A stretch of 64,000 bases of DNA from Candidatus Zhuqueibacterota bacterium (GCA_029262055.1 JAJDAD010000002.1:66791-130790), one strand, 5' to 3'; shown: positions 1-14,948, numbered from the stretch's first letter. Numbers and translations: made by a program. Notes: a model not told the origin generated them from the sequence alone.

Positions 1-2
1 GC

Positions 3-5365
<5,363 letters not shown>

Positions 5366-5367
5366 TC

Positions 5368-5477
5368 AACATTTCTCACTTGCGTGGCTACCTTCTAAAC
5401 AATTCCCGAGAAGTCATTCTGAGCACGCAGTCCTAAATTCTGTGTTCCTACCAGGGAGCAAAGGTGTGCGAAGAATC
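5368..5477. repeat. Palindromic REP/MITE-like repeat family R1, left-half copy
   Basis: 'aacatttctcactt' terminus, then 'gtcattctgagcacgcagtcctaaattctgtgttcctaccagggagcaaaggtgtgcgaagaatc', which closely matches about 27560-27624 and 48524-48590. Confidence 0.75.
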
Positions 5478-5834
5478 ATCGCGCTCCATGCCGGGTTCGA
5501 GGGACTCGCAGTCCGGGCATTTCATGGCAAGAATGTGGTGATGTGCAGTTGCAGTGAACCTAAGCCCGCAGCACAAATGGGTTGCGCCTGTGCTGTTGGT
5601 TCAGTAGATTAACCCGACCACTTCCAAACTGAATGTGAGGTCAGGTGTTGAAAAATCCCGAAAAACCACACGATGCATTGCCCGCTGCAAGGCCTGCCGT
5701 AAGACCGGCGCTCTGGGCGCGATCCGCACTGTTTGTGCGACGGCAGATTACCGTTGGTCAGAACTGGAAAGACGACAAGTGACCGACTCTCAGAACTTTC
5801 TATATGTAGAAAAAAGCTCGTTAACAAAATGTCT

Positions 5835-5856
5835 ATATGTAGAAACTTCTTTCTAA
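5835..5856. promoter_or_regulatory. Palindromic AT-rich motif (TAGAAA-cttc-TTTCTA), copy 1
   Basis: 22-nt exact match 'atatgtagaaacttctttctaa' to 53105-53126. Both copies are intergenic and upstream of + strand genes. Confidence 0.45.
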
Positions 5857-5966
5857 ATGTAACATTTTGAGATGAGGGGATTGGGTAGGTAGTCAACTAA
5901 TTCGGCGGCTAAATATAAATACATCAAAATGTCTTCATCACTATTTTATGGGTTGTATAGCAATAC

Positions 5967-8900
5967 GTGGCTTCTGAAAAGAACAAAGCAATCAGACTTA
6001 TCGAGTACTTGGGCGAGTTGGCAAAACTTCGATCCAAAATAGTTCGAGATATCGGTGCCTATCAAAAAATCCTGTGGCTTCATGAAATCCCAAAAGAGCA
6101 GAAGTATTGCTACACAAGAGTATGGGGGATTGAAGATGACATAGATGAAGATATCTGGATTGAAATAAAAAAAGATCAGGAGCCCCAATTACCGGCTATT
6201 CCCGACATTTGCGAAAAATGGGTTAATCATGATACTCTCTTTGATGCAGATAGCGTCCCTGAATTGTCTGGAAAAATTATTGAACAGGTTGAAGAACTAG
6301 ACAACGAAAGCGGAGAAACGATAGTTCTCAACAGAACAGTTCAACTTATTGATAATCCGCAGATTCAAGCTGAATGGGAAGAATATCTCCATGAGAAATG
6401 GACACCGTGGAAAGAATTGCATGCTAGGTGGCAAAGTATCCATAAAGTCTATTCTATACTCTTCAATATCTATCAAGATCAACTTAAATTGGGGGAAGAA
6501 TACGAACTTGCCGTCGGAATAGGTCTTCTCGCTTGGAAGACTCCAGGTGGTCACTTGGTGAGACGGCACTTAATTACAGCAAAAGCCTCTATCAGTTTTG
6601 AAGCACATCTTGGAAAATTCACCGTTCGGCCATCTACCGATGGATCTCAACTTGATGTTGAACTTGATATGCTCGACATTGAGGAACAACCGCCAAACAT
6701 CAAGAGAATCGTCGACGACGGTCTTAAGTCTGCGAATGACAATCTATGGGACCGTTCATCGACTAATATCCTACTTAAGGCTGTTACTAACTCACTGGCC
6801 GAGAAAGGCGAAGGTGATTACTTCCCTGAAAAAATTGTACCGACTTCCAACAATTCACCGGAAAAACCCGTAGTCGAATACGCGCCAGCCCTTTTTCTTA
6901 GAAAACGTTCAATACGCGGTCTGGAAACAACTCTCGAAGAGATAAAGAAGCAAGTGGAGAAAGACTCAATTATTCCACATGAGTTTCTTGATCTATGTGA
7001 ATTGGACGAGATTGATCGTGGGTCTGGCGAGAATTTAGGTGATGAAAAAAGTCAGGCTATCCCAGAATCCGATGGAAGAATTTATTTCCCACTTCCATCA
7101 AATGACCACCAACGTAGAATTATCGATACCCTGAATAATAATAAAGGTGTACTTGTCCAAGGGCCACCCGGAACAGGCAAATCACATACAATCACGAACC
7201 TCATCTGCCATCTTCTTGCCACCGGCAAACGCGTTCTCATTACGGCAAAAACACCAAGGGCTTTGCAGGTTCTGGAGAATATGTTGCCAGAAGCCATCAA
7301 GCCACTTTGCATAAATCTCCTTGGGAGTGGAATTCTGGAGCGCACTTCCTTGGAAGCAAGCGTAAGAAACATCCTGAGCAGACAGGATGGATGGAATGTA
7401 CGAGACGTCTCACAAAGAATTGATAATCTTGAACAACAGATCCATCGACTTCAAAAAGATAAAGCGGACACAGATTATAAGCTAAGGGCGCTTCGGGAAC
7501 AGGAAACATTCACGCATAATGTTGCAGAAGGAGCCTATTCTGGTACAGCAGCAAAGATTGCGATGCAATTACAAAAAGAATCAGCCCAACATTCTTGGTT
7601 TTCAGACAAGATTCCTACTGATCAAGTCTTTCCTTTGTCGATTGAGGAGGTCGATATTCTATGCAGTGCGCTAATAACTCTAAGTGCGGAGCAAGAAAAG
7701 GAGCTTGGTCTTTTGGTGCCTGCAAGCGATGACCTACCATCAACGGATACTCTGCAAAAGCTACTCGCGACAGAAAAGAGCAGTTTAAGCAAACTTTCAG
7801 CCAGCAGATCATTATTAACTTCCCCTGAAGGCAAGGCTGTTCAGCAGTCTAACCCCAAAATCGTGGCAGAGTTGGTTGACAGTATCAATTCGCTTAAAGC
7901 AGCGGTCGAGAGCATCAGAAAACGTCCGATGCCTTGGATAAAAAAGGCAGTGTTTGATATGCTCTCAGATAATGACATGCCTTGGAAAGAACTGTTGCAG
8001 TTATCCAAGAGAGAGAGGTCCAAGAAGGATTTAAAGGCGCACGCTCTTGATATTGATGGCGTCTCCATAAGAATTCCGAAAAATATTGATCGAGATAAGC
8101 TCTACCATGATGTCAGATCACTTTATCAGCATTTTGACAAGGGTGGTAAAATAGGACGGGGGCCGTTCAAACCCAAGATTGTGCAAGAGAATTACTATAT
8201 AATCAAAAATATACAGGTAGATGGACGTGAGTGTTCATCTAAAACGACTCTTAGAAAACTAAGGAGTTACTTGTATGTAACAAAAACCCTCAATAACATT
8301 TGGGCACTCTGGTCCGGGAAGGCTGAAAAAGAGCAAGATTCGCTGGTTCTGCAGATCGCGGAGATAGACGAACTGCATGAAGCACTGGGGAACATTGTTG
8401 CCTTGTACAATTTAGTGGAGCTGGCCAAGGAAAATATCAGGAGGATTAACGGCTTAAGTACTCCCGCCTGGCATGATCATGACAGTGAATCGTTACACAA
8501 TTTGCTTGACATATGTCAAGCAGCGACCGCCAGATTCGACCTTTTGGAGGCCCGAGAGAAACTAAAAAAGATTGAAAATCATCTATCGTCAATCATCAAT
8601 CAAGAAAAAGTTCATCCGATAGGTCATCAAATTCATTATGCTTTCCAAAAACGTGACATTGAGTTGTACAGAAAACTGTGCAAGGAAACTGACACCCTTT
8701 GCGAAGCAAAAGAGATTGTCCAAAGAAAGAATGCCGTTTTACAAAAGCTGGCGACCACTGCTCCGACCATTGCTGAAACAATAATAAGTACACCAGACAA
8801 GAATCTTTGGGTGCAGCGGTTGCGGAACATGGAAAAAGCATGGGCTTGGGCCAGAGGAAAAGCATGGCTTGAAGACTATATGGAAGCTGACAATTTCGAC

Positions 8901-10943
8901 AGCCTTGAGCGTAAATCAAATAGACTTGATGAGGACATCCGTAAGTATCTTGCAGAGCTCGCCGGTGATAAGGCTTGGAAGTTTTGTTTCTCGCGGATGA
9001 AAGAATCACACCGCAGACATTTGATTGGCTGGGAGCAGGCAATGAAAAAACTTGGCAAAGGTACCGGTAAACATGCGCCAAGACATCGTCGGACAGCACA
9101 ACAACATTTACATGAATGCCGTGATGCTGTTCCTGCATGGGTTATGCCACTACACAGAGTATATGAGACTGTTCGGCCAGAGCCTAGTCTATTCGACGTA
9201 ATAATTGTCGATGAGGCCTCCCAGTGTGGCCCAGAGGCGTTACCACTGATGTACCTTGCCAAACGTATCCTTGTCGTTGGGGATGACAAACAGATAAGTC
9301 CAGATGCCGTCGGCATTAACCGAGAGCACATGCATCGTCTGATGAGAGAATATCTTTTTGACTTTAAGCATGATGATTTATTCGATGTCGAGAACAGTCT
9401 TTTTGATCATGGACTAAGACGTTTCAATAATAGGATATCTTTGAGAGAACATTTTCGCTGTATGCCTGAGATCATTCGTTTCAGTAACGACCTTTGCTAC
9501 CATACAGGGCCGTTGATACCGCTGCGGCGGTATCCCCCAAACCGGATAGAGCCCCTAAAGGCCATCCATGTATCTTCAGGTTATCGAGAAGGTAAGTTTA
9601 ATAGAGTCATCAATAGGCCAGAGGCCGAAACTTTGGTTGAGAGTGTCCTGGCTTGTTGTAGAGATGAACGTTACAAGAACAAAACCATGGGGGTAATAGT
9701 TCTTCAGGGTGAAGCCCAAGCCTATATTATTGAGAATATGCTGCTTGACAAACTTGGTGCCGAGGAGATGGAGAGACGCCGGCTTGTGTGCGGCCACGCT
9801 TATAGTTTCCAAGGCGACGAAAGAGACGTGATTTTTCTGAGTATGGTCGCAGCCCCAAACGAAAGGATTGGTACCTTGACGAAGGCCGCTGACCAGCGCA
9901 GATTCAATGTTGCGGCAAGTCGAGCTAAAGACCAGATGTGCCTTTTTCATTCTGTTACCCAAAATGACCTTAGCGAGTCTTGCCTCCGTCGAAGATTGCT
10001 GGAATACTTTTATGATCCAGTTAGTCAGATTACCAAAGCATTAGGTGCGAATGCTGAGGAGTTACGGGAAATGGCACATAGAGCTGACAGGAAAATCGAA
10101 AGTCCGCCCTCCCCGTTTGACAGTTGGTTCGAAGTTGATGTCGCACTGCAGATCGCCACTAAAGGATACCGAGTCATTCCGCAGTATCCTTTTGCAGGCA
10201 AGCGAATTGACATGGTCATCGAGGGAAGTCAAACGCAATTAGCTGTTGAGTGTGACGGTGACTTTTGGCATGGTCCCGAGCAATACGAGAAGGACATGGA
10301 GCGCCAGCGAATGCTTGAAAGATGTGGTTGGCAGTTTTATAGGGTTCGTGAGTGTGAATATAATATCGATTCTGAAAATGCTCTTGAACCATTGTGGCAA
10401 CAATTAAACAAGGTGGGTATTGCACCAATATCAGGAAGTCCTAAGGAGGGCACGAAGCCATTTGATGGCGACATTGATAATACGGAGGAATCTACAAGTT
10501 TTTTTGAGAGTACTGCGTCACGTTCTCCACATAGCGGCGATAGCGGTAGTACGGTAAAGGCCGTAAATAACAACTCGAAGGACGATGAGAAGATAAGTGC
10601 AATCAAGAAGCATGAAGCGTCATCTTTAGAATCTGTCCATCCGACCGACATTCAAAATGCCTTGACTATTCAATCTGCAATAATTCGAGACACCATCATC
10701 GCAATATTAGAAGAAAGTCCAAACCATTCATGCATAAAAGAGAAATTGACCACAAATATTCTTCAAAAATGGAATATCAAAACGAGGAGTAAGCCAAGAG
10801 AAAGATTTTCCCGCAGAGTCAATAGAGCTGTTTCTTATTTAGACAGAGAAGGCTATGTTGAAATTTATAAAAGTAAAAATGTCAGAGTGAGACTTAGTGG
10901 AAGGCCATATCCGCGTCAAATGAGATTAAAAGACGTTGATTAA
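5967..10943 (+). CDS. Large SF1 (DNA2/NAM7/Upf1-like) helicase fused to C-terminal Vsr/DUF559-like PD-(D/E)xK nuclease; candidate defence protein
   Basis: Walker A 'QGPPGTGKS', 'IVDEASQ', 'VGDDKQ', 'HFRC', 'FQGDERD', 'RFNVAASRAK'. Nuclease-like 'FDSWFEVDV...QYPFAGKRIDMVIEG...LAVECDGDFWH'. Visibly more AT-rich than the flanks. Confidence 0.8.
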   Translation: MASEKNKAIRLIEYLGELAKLRSKIVRDIGAYQKILWLHEIPKEQKYCYTRVWGIEDDIDEDIWIEIKKDQEPQLPAIPDICEKWVNHDTLFDADSVPELSGKIIEQVEELDNESGETIVLNRTVQLIDNPQIQAEWEEYLHEKWTPWKELHARWQSIHKVYSILFNIYQDQLKLGEEYELAVGIGLLAWKTPGGHLVRRHLITAKASISFEAHLGKFTVRPSTDGSQLDVELDMLDIEEQPPNIKRIVDDGLKSANDNLWDRSSTNILLKAVTNSLAEKGEGDYFPEKIVPTSNNSPEKPVVEYAPALFLRKRSIRGLETTLEEIKKQVEKDSIIPHEFLDLCELDEIDRGSGENLGDEKSQAIPESDGRIYFPLPSNDHQRRIIDTLNNNKGVLVQGPPGTGKSHTITNLICHLLATGKRVLITAKTPRALQVLENMLPEAIKPLCINLLGSGILERTSLEASVRNILSRQDGWNVRDVSQRIDNLEQQIHRLQKDKADTDYKLRALREQETFTHNVAEGAYSGTAAKIAMQLQKESAQHSWFSDKIPTDQVFPLSIEEVDILCSALITLSAEQEKELGLLVPASDDLPSTDTLQKLLATEKSSLSKLSASRSLLTSPEGKAVQQSNPKIVAELVDSINSLKAAVESIRKRPMPWIKKAVFDMLSDNDMPWKELLQLSKRERSKKDLKAHALDIDGVSIRIPKNIDRDKLYHDVRSLYQHFDKGGKIGRGPFKPKIVQENYYIIKNIQVDGRECSSKTTLRKLRSYLYVTKTLNNIWALWSGKAEKEQDSLVLQIAEIDELHEALGNIVALYNLVELAKENIRRINGLSTPAWHDHDSESLHNLLDICQAATARFDLLEAREKLKKIENHLSSIINQEKVHPIGHQIHYAFQKRDIELYRKLCKETDTLCEAKEIVQRKNAVLQKLATTAPTIAETIISTPDKNLWVQRLRNMEKAWAWARGKAWLEDYMEADNFDSLERKSNRLDEDIRKYLAELAGDKAWKFCFSRMKESHRRHLIGWEQAMKKLGKGTGKHAPRHRRTAQQHLHECRDAVPAWVMPLHRVYETVRPEPSLFDVIIVDEASQCGPEALPLMYLAKRILVVGDDKQISPDAVGINREHMHRLMREYLFDFKHDDLFDVENSLFDHGLRRFNNRISLREHFRCMPEIIRFSNDLCYHTGPLIPLRRYPPNRIEPLKAIHVSSGYREGKFNRVINRPEAETLVESVLACCRDERYKNKTMGVIVLQGEAQAYIIENMLLDKLGAEEMERRRLVCGHAYSFQGDERDVIFLSMVAAPNERIGTLTKAADQRRFNVAASRAKDQMCLFHSVTQNDLSESCLRRRLLEYFYDPVSQITKALGANAEELREMAHRADRKIESPPSPFDSWFEVDVALQIATKGYRVIPQYPFAGKRIDMVIEGSQTQLAVECDGDFWHGPEQYEKDMERQRMLERCGWQFYRVRECEYNIDSENALEPLWQQLNKVGIAPISGSPKEGTKPFDGDIDNTEESTSFFESTASRSPHSGDSGSTVKAVNNNSKDDEKISAIKKHEASSLESVHPTDIQNALTIQSAIIRDTIIAILEESPNHSCIKEKLTTNILQKWNIKTRSKPRERFSRRVNRAVSYLDREGYVEIYKSKNVRVRLSGRPYPRQMRLKDVD

Positions 10944-10951
10944 AACACCCA

Positions 10952-11020
10952 ATCGGGTAAGCGGGGGTTTTTCTCCCCCGCCCCCACAACACCCAGCGTG
11001 CGGGCCCGCACTGGGCGGTC
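10952..11020 (-). mobile_element. Group II intron (class IIC-like) 3' remnant: domains V and VI
   Basis: Reverse complement reads gaccgcccagtgcgggcccgcacgctgggtgttgtgggggcgggggagaaaaacccccgcttacccgat. This gives a DV with CGC triad and short stem, and a DVI hairpin with bulged A ending 'ccgAT'. No intron ORF follows. Confidence 0.7.
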
Positions 11021-11170
11021 ACCGCAGATGAACCAACATCAAATGCGAAAATGTTCTTTCACATTTACAAGGCTGGGGGTGTCGCCGCGCCGCTCACGAC
11101 TGAGCCCGGTCGGGCATAAGTGCCGCAAGACAGTCGCTACCTTATCAAGTGCGGAGGTAAGAGACACAGA

Positions 11171-12355
11171 ATGCGAGGATTAGCTTTTTCAACATTCATA
11201 TTATGTATAACGGCGGCAGTAGCGCTGACTGCTCAAGAGCGTGCAAGATCCCGCGCACGTGAAGTCGGTATCGAAGTCGGGATTCTGGCAACAGGTCCAT
11301 TGAATTCCATAACGGACGTCGAGGGCGTCAAAGTTGGGCACAAGACAGTATGGCAGGGTGATGCGGTGCGAACAGGGGTAACCGTGATACTGCCCCACGG
11401 TGATAATCTGTTTCAAGAGAAAGTCCCCGCAGCAATCTATCTCGCAAACGCATTCGGCAAACTGGCAGGTTCAACTCAGGTTGCAGAACTGGGCAATCTC
11501 GAGACCCCTATTGCGCTAACCAATACACTTAGTGTCCCTGTAGCGGTTCAGGCATTGATTGGTTATACGCTGCACTATCCGGGCAATGAATCCGTTCGTT
11601 CAGTCAATGCTGTGGTCGGCGAAACCAACGACGGGTGGCTTAACGACATCAGAGGGCTTCATGTCACAGAGGCTGACGTTATAGCTGCTATTGAAGCAGC
11701 AGTCTCCGACCCCGTCGAAGAGGGATCGGTTGGTGCCGGTACCGGTACGTCCTGCTTCGGCTTCAAAGGCGGGATTGGCACGTCTTCACGGCAATTGCCT
11801 CATGACTTTGGGGGCTATACCGTGGGAGTGCTCGTGCAGACCAACTATGGCGGCATCCTGACCATCAATGGCGCGCCGGTCGGCCGCGAACTTGGCAAAT
11901 TTCCCCTAAGTCAGTATACGAAAGGGCCACAAAGTGAAGGTTCTTGCATGATTGTGGTCGCGACCGATGCGCCGCTCTCGCCACGCAACCTCAAACGGCT
12001 GGCCAAACGTGCCGTCCTTGCATTGGGCCGGACCGGTTCCTATATGGGTAACGGATCCGGGGATTTTGTGGTCGCATTTTCAACGGCGTATCGCATACCG
12101 TATAACAGTGAATTGTTGAATTCGCCGGTGACGTTGGTATCTAACGATAACATGAATACTCTGTTCATGGCGGTGGTGGAAGCCACGGAGGAAGCGGTAT
12201 ATAACTCATTGTTGAAAGCCACCTCGGTAACAGGTCGTGATGGACATACCATGGAAGCCATACCAGTCGAGCAGGTAATTGATATCTGTGGTAGGTACAA
12301 CGTGCTGAATTTACAACAACGATTGCCTGGTATACGCTCGACTCGTCTAAAATAG
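11171..12355 (+). CDS. dmpA: P1/S58 family peptidase (DmpA-like L-aminopeptidase/D-esterase)
   Basis: 'GPLNSITDVEGVKVGH', 'TGVTVILP', 'VVGETNDGWLND', 'EGSVGAGTG', 'GSCMIVVATDAPL', 'GSGDFVVAFST'. ATG 11171 gives a signal peptide. Confidence 0.85.
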   Translation: MRGLAFSTFILCITAAVALTAQERARSRAREVGIEVGILATGPLNSITDVEGVKVGHKTVWQGDAVRTGVTVILPHGDNLFQEKVPAAIYLANAFGKLAGSTQVAELGNLETPIALTNTLSVPVAVQALIGYTLHYPGNESVRSVNAVVGETNDGWLNDIRGLHVTEADVIAAIEAAVSDPVEEGSVGAGTGTSCFGFKGGIGTSSRQLPHDFGGYTVGVLVQTNYGGILTINGAPVGRELGKFPLSQYTKGPQSEGSCMIVVATDAPLSPRNLKRLAKRAVLALGRTGSYMGNGSGDFVVAFSTAYRIPYNSELLNSPVTLVSNDNMNTLFMAVVEATEEAVYNSLLKATSVTGRDGHTMEAIPVEQVIDICGRYNVLNLQQRLPGIRSTRLK

Positions 12356-12499
12356 CTATATGTGACGCTGAGTGGCCTGCCTACCAATCTGAGGTTGGCA
12401 CTAAGATTCCTAACATTCGCTTTCACGGCGACGGCGGCATATTTATTTTGCAAGTGATAATCGGTTTTGCTTATTTAGGCAAAACCGGAGGGTGAAATC

Positions 12500-13285
12500 T
12501 TGCTGCAGAAAATGACTGTTGTGCTAAAGGCGTATTTGTTAGGTTTGACAGTCCTGCTTTGCCTGGGCACGCCTGTCACCGCCCAACACTTTCTTACGGT
12601 TGGAACCGGGGCAGGTTTGCGGATTTTTGCGTCGGACGAGGTAGACCGGTTTGCCGACACGTATAATCGTGTCAACCGGGACAACCTCGCATCATTGTTA
12701 GGTGGGTTCAACGGCGCTGAGGGCTTACGTTTCGAAGTAGGCTATCGGTATTGGAAGAAAAATACCGCCGCGACAATTATTGGCTGGACCACCTCAGTGC
12801 GCAACGACAACGCGACCTTCAACAACGACGAAGTGCGTAGCCTGGAGTTGAAGAGTAACCGGTTTTACCTCGAAGGTGAATTTGGCCGTCCCTTTGGCGA
12901 CGTTTTCGTCAACGGTGTACTGGCACTTTTTTTCAATCGCGAGCAGGAAATCGAGGCTGAGTATTTCGATCAGCGCCGTGCCCCGGTCGACAAAAGATTG
13001 AACGGCATCTATCGCGCCCGAACGGATTTTTCCACCGACATCGGCATTGCTGCCGGCTTCTATCGCAAACCGATTTTTCTGGTGCTCAAGATCACCCAAC
13101 CCATTCTTGCGACGAATGAGTCCGACCTGTTGTCCGACAACCGAACTGAAAAAGTCGTGGACAACAGCAACATCTTCCCGGATGATTTCTTCAGTTTTAC
13201 CGACCGCGAGGATTATGCCGGCGTACCGAATAAGATGGACGGGCTCAAGATTTCTCTGGTGGTGTCATTTGCGATGGAGCTGTAA
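12500..13285 (+). CDS. Hypothetical exported protein, probably outer-membrane beta-barrel
   Basis: Signal peptide, alternating beta-strand patterns and a hydrophobic C-terminal strand (LKISLVVSFAMEL). Confidence 0.55.
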   Translation: MLQKMTVVLKAYLLGLTVLLCLGTPVTAQHFLTVGTGAGLRIFASDEVDRFADTYNRVNRDNLASLLGGFNGAEGLRFEVGYRYWKKNTAATIIGWTTSVRNDNATFNNDEVRSLELKSNRFYLEGEFGRPFGDVFVNGVLALFFNREQEIEAEYFDQRRAPVDKRLNGIYRARTDFSTDIGIAAGFYRKPIFLVLKITQPILATNESDLLSDNRTEKVVDNSNIFPDDFFSFTDREDYAGVPNKMDGLKISLVVSFAMEL

Positions 13286-13425
13286 TCGATTGAAATAGGC
13301 AGCACTGTTCTTTCCACCGCCCGTCTTGTTTCTGGTCATAGATTCCTTAGCAGAGGTGTACAATCGAGAATAAGCGGGTAATCTGAGAGAAAAAATAGAA
13401 CCACGAAGAACACGAAGGGCACGAA

Positions 13426-13568
13426 GTGGAATTTGATGAGTTGTCAAATCGAGTCATTGGCTGTGCGATGAAATCTATCTGGGGAATAAACCAGAGTTCC
13501 AGTAGGGCTACTGTTAAACCTCAAAGTCGGCTCTCAAAGATGGTGGTGTCCGACGCTTTGTTGTTTAA
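13426..13568 (+). pseudogene. Internally deleted GxxExxY gene copy
   Basis: 5' end (gtggaatttgatgagttgtcaaatcgagtcattggctgtgc) and 3' end (ccagagttccagtagggct...gatggtggtgtccgacgctttgttgtttaa) match the intact gene 13774..14148, with the middle missing. The same flanking repeats are present. Confidence 0.8.
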
Positions 13569-13631
13569 GTCTTCGTGTTCTTCGTGCCCTTCGTGGTAGA
13601 AAAAAGAGCTGCTGACATTTGCGTGCAGCCG
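13551..13631 (+). repeat. Direct repeat, near-identical to 14131..14211
   Basis: 'cgacgctttgttNtttaagtcttcgtgttcttcgtgcccttcgtggtagaaaaaagagctgctgacatttgcgtgcagccg' occurs at both places, 580 bp apart. Confidence 0.9.
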
Positions 13632-13773
13632 AGTGTCTTGGTTCAGCGACAATTGAAACAAGTAGTACTGTTCTTGCCACCGCTATCGTGTGGCAGAGGT
13701 AAAGTGTCAAATCGAGAAGAAGTGGGTAATTTGACAGAGAAAATCAAACCCCGAAGAACACGAAGGGCACGAA

Positions 13774-14148
13774 GTGGAATTTGATGAGTTGTCAAGTCGA
13801 GTCATTGGCTGTGCAATTGAAGTCCATCGGGCTTTAGGTCCAGGACTCTTAGAGTCGGCATATGAACAGTGTTTTGCCAGAGAGTTGTCGTTGGCGGACA
13901 TTTCATTTGAAGTTCAAGTCCCTCTCCCTGTAGAATACAAAGGCATTCGTTTAGATTGCGGCTACCGAGTCGACCTGTTTGTGGAGAAAAAGCTCATAAT
14001 TGAATTAAAAGTGGTTGATAAGTTTTTGCCAATTCATGAAGCTCAGATATTGACCTACATGAAATTAGCCAGAGTTCCAGTAGGGCTGTTGATGAATTTC
14101 AATGTGGAGCTTCTCAAAGATGGTGGCATCCGACGCTTTGTTCTTTAA
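13774..14148 (+). CDS. GxxExxY family protein (PD-(D/E)xK nuclease-like)
   Basis: 'LGPGLLESAYEQC' signature, 'YRVDLFVEKKLIIELK', 'HEAQILTYMKL...GLLMNF'. Confidence 0.9.
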   Translation: MEFDELSSRVIGCAIEVHRALGPGLLESAYEQCFARELSLADISFEVQVPLPVEYKGIRLDCGYRVDLFVEKKLIIELKVVDKFLPIHEAQILTYMKLARVPVGLLMNFNVELLKDGGIRRFVL

Positions 14149-14351
14149 GTCTTCGTGTTCTTCGTGCCCTTCGTGGTAGAAAAAAGAGCTGCTGACATTT
14201 GCGTGCAGCCGGGCCGTGCCCCCTGTCGACAAAAGGTTGAGAGGAGTCTGTCGCGCCAGAACGGATTTTTCTACAGACATTATGACGCGTGCCCAACAAG
14301 TTGGACGGGTTCAAGATTTCTCTGGTTGTGTCATTTGCTATGGAGTTGTAA

Positions 14352-14948
14352 TTGATTGAAATAAGCAGCACTGTTCTTTCTGCCGCGACCGTCTTGTTTC
14401 TGGTTATGGATCCGCTGGGCAACATTCCTTTGTTCTTGACGCTGCTAAAGGATATCGATGAAAAACGGCGCCGGCCGATCATCTTGCGTGAGGTCCTGTT
14501 TGCGCTGGTGATCCTGTTGATTTTTCTCTTCTTCGGCCAACATCTTCTGGACTTCCTGAAATTGCAGCAGGAGTCAGTCAGCATTGCAGGCGGGATCGTG
14601 TTGTTTGTGATCGCCATTCGCATGATCTTTCCGACCGGACGCGCAATCATGGGAGACCAACCGGAGGGCGAGCCCTTCATCGTCCCTTTAGCCATCCCGC
14701 TGGTGGCCGGGCCCTCGACATTGGCTACCCTCATTCTGATGGTGCGCAGCGACCCCAACCGCATGTCGGAATGGCTCGCTGCTTTGCTTATGGCCTGGGG
14801 TGTAACCGCGATGATCTTGTTGTCTGCGCCTTTTCTTTATCGCATTCTTCGGAAGCGAGGCCTGGCAGCAATCGAACGATTGATGGGAATGCTGCTGATT
14901 ATGATTTCAGTGCAGATGCTGCTGAACGGCGTAGAGAGCCTGAGATGA
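14352..14948 (+). CDS. MarC/YhgN family (NAAT) membrane protein
   Basis: 'LFLVMDPLGNIPLF', 'PFIVPLAIPLVAGPS', 'GLAAIERLMGMLL'; about 6 TM helices. Confidence 0.9.
   Translation: MIEISSTVLSAATVLFLVMDPLGNIPLFLTLLKDIDEKRRRPIILREVLFALVILLIFLFFGQHLLDFLKLQQESVSIAGGIVLFVIAIRMIFPTGRAIMGDQPEGEPFIVPLAIPLVAGPSTLATLILMVRSDPNRMSEWLAALLMAWGVTAMILLSAPFLYRILRKRGLAAIERLMGMLLIMISVQMLLNGVESLR

Noticed and set aside
13400..14211. CRISPR array
   Set aside because: Only two long duplicated units; no regular repeat-spacer periodicity and no cas genes.
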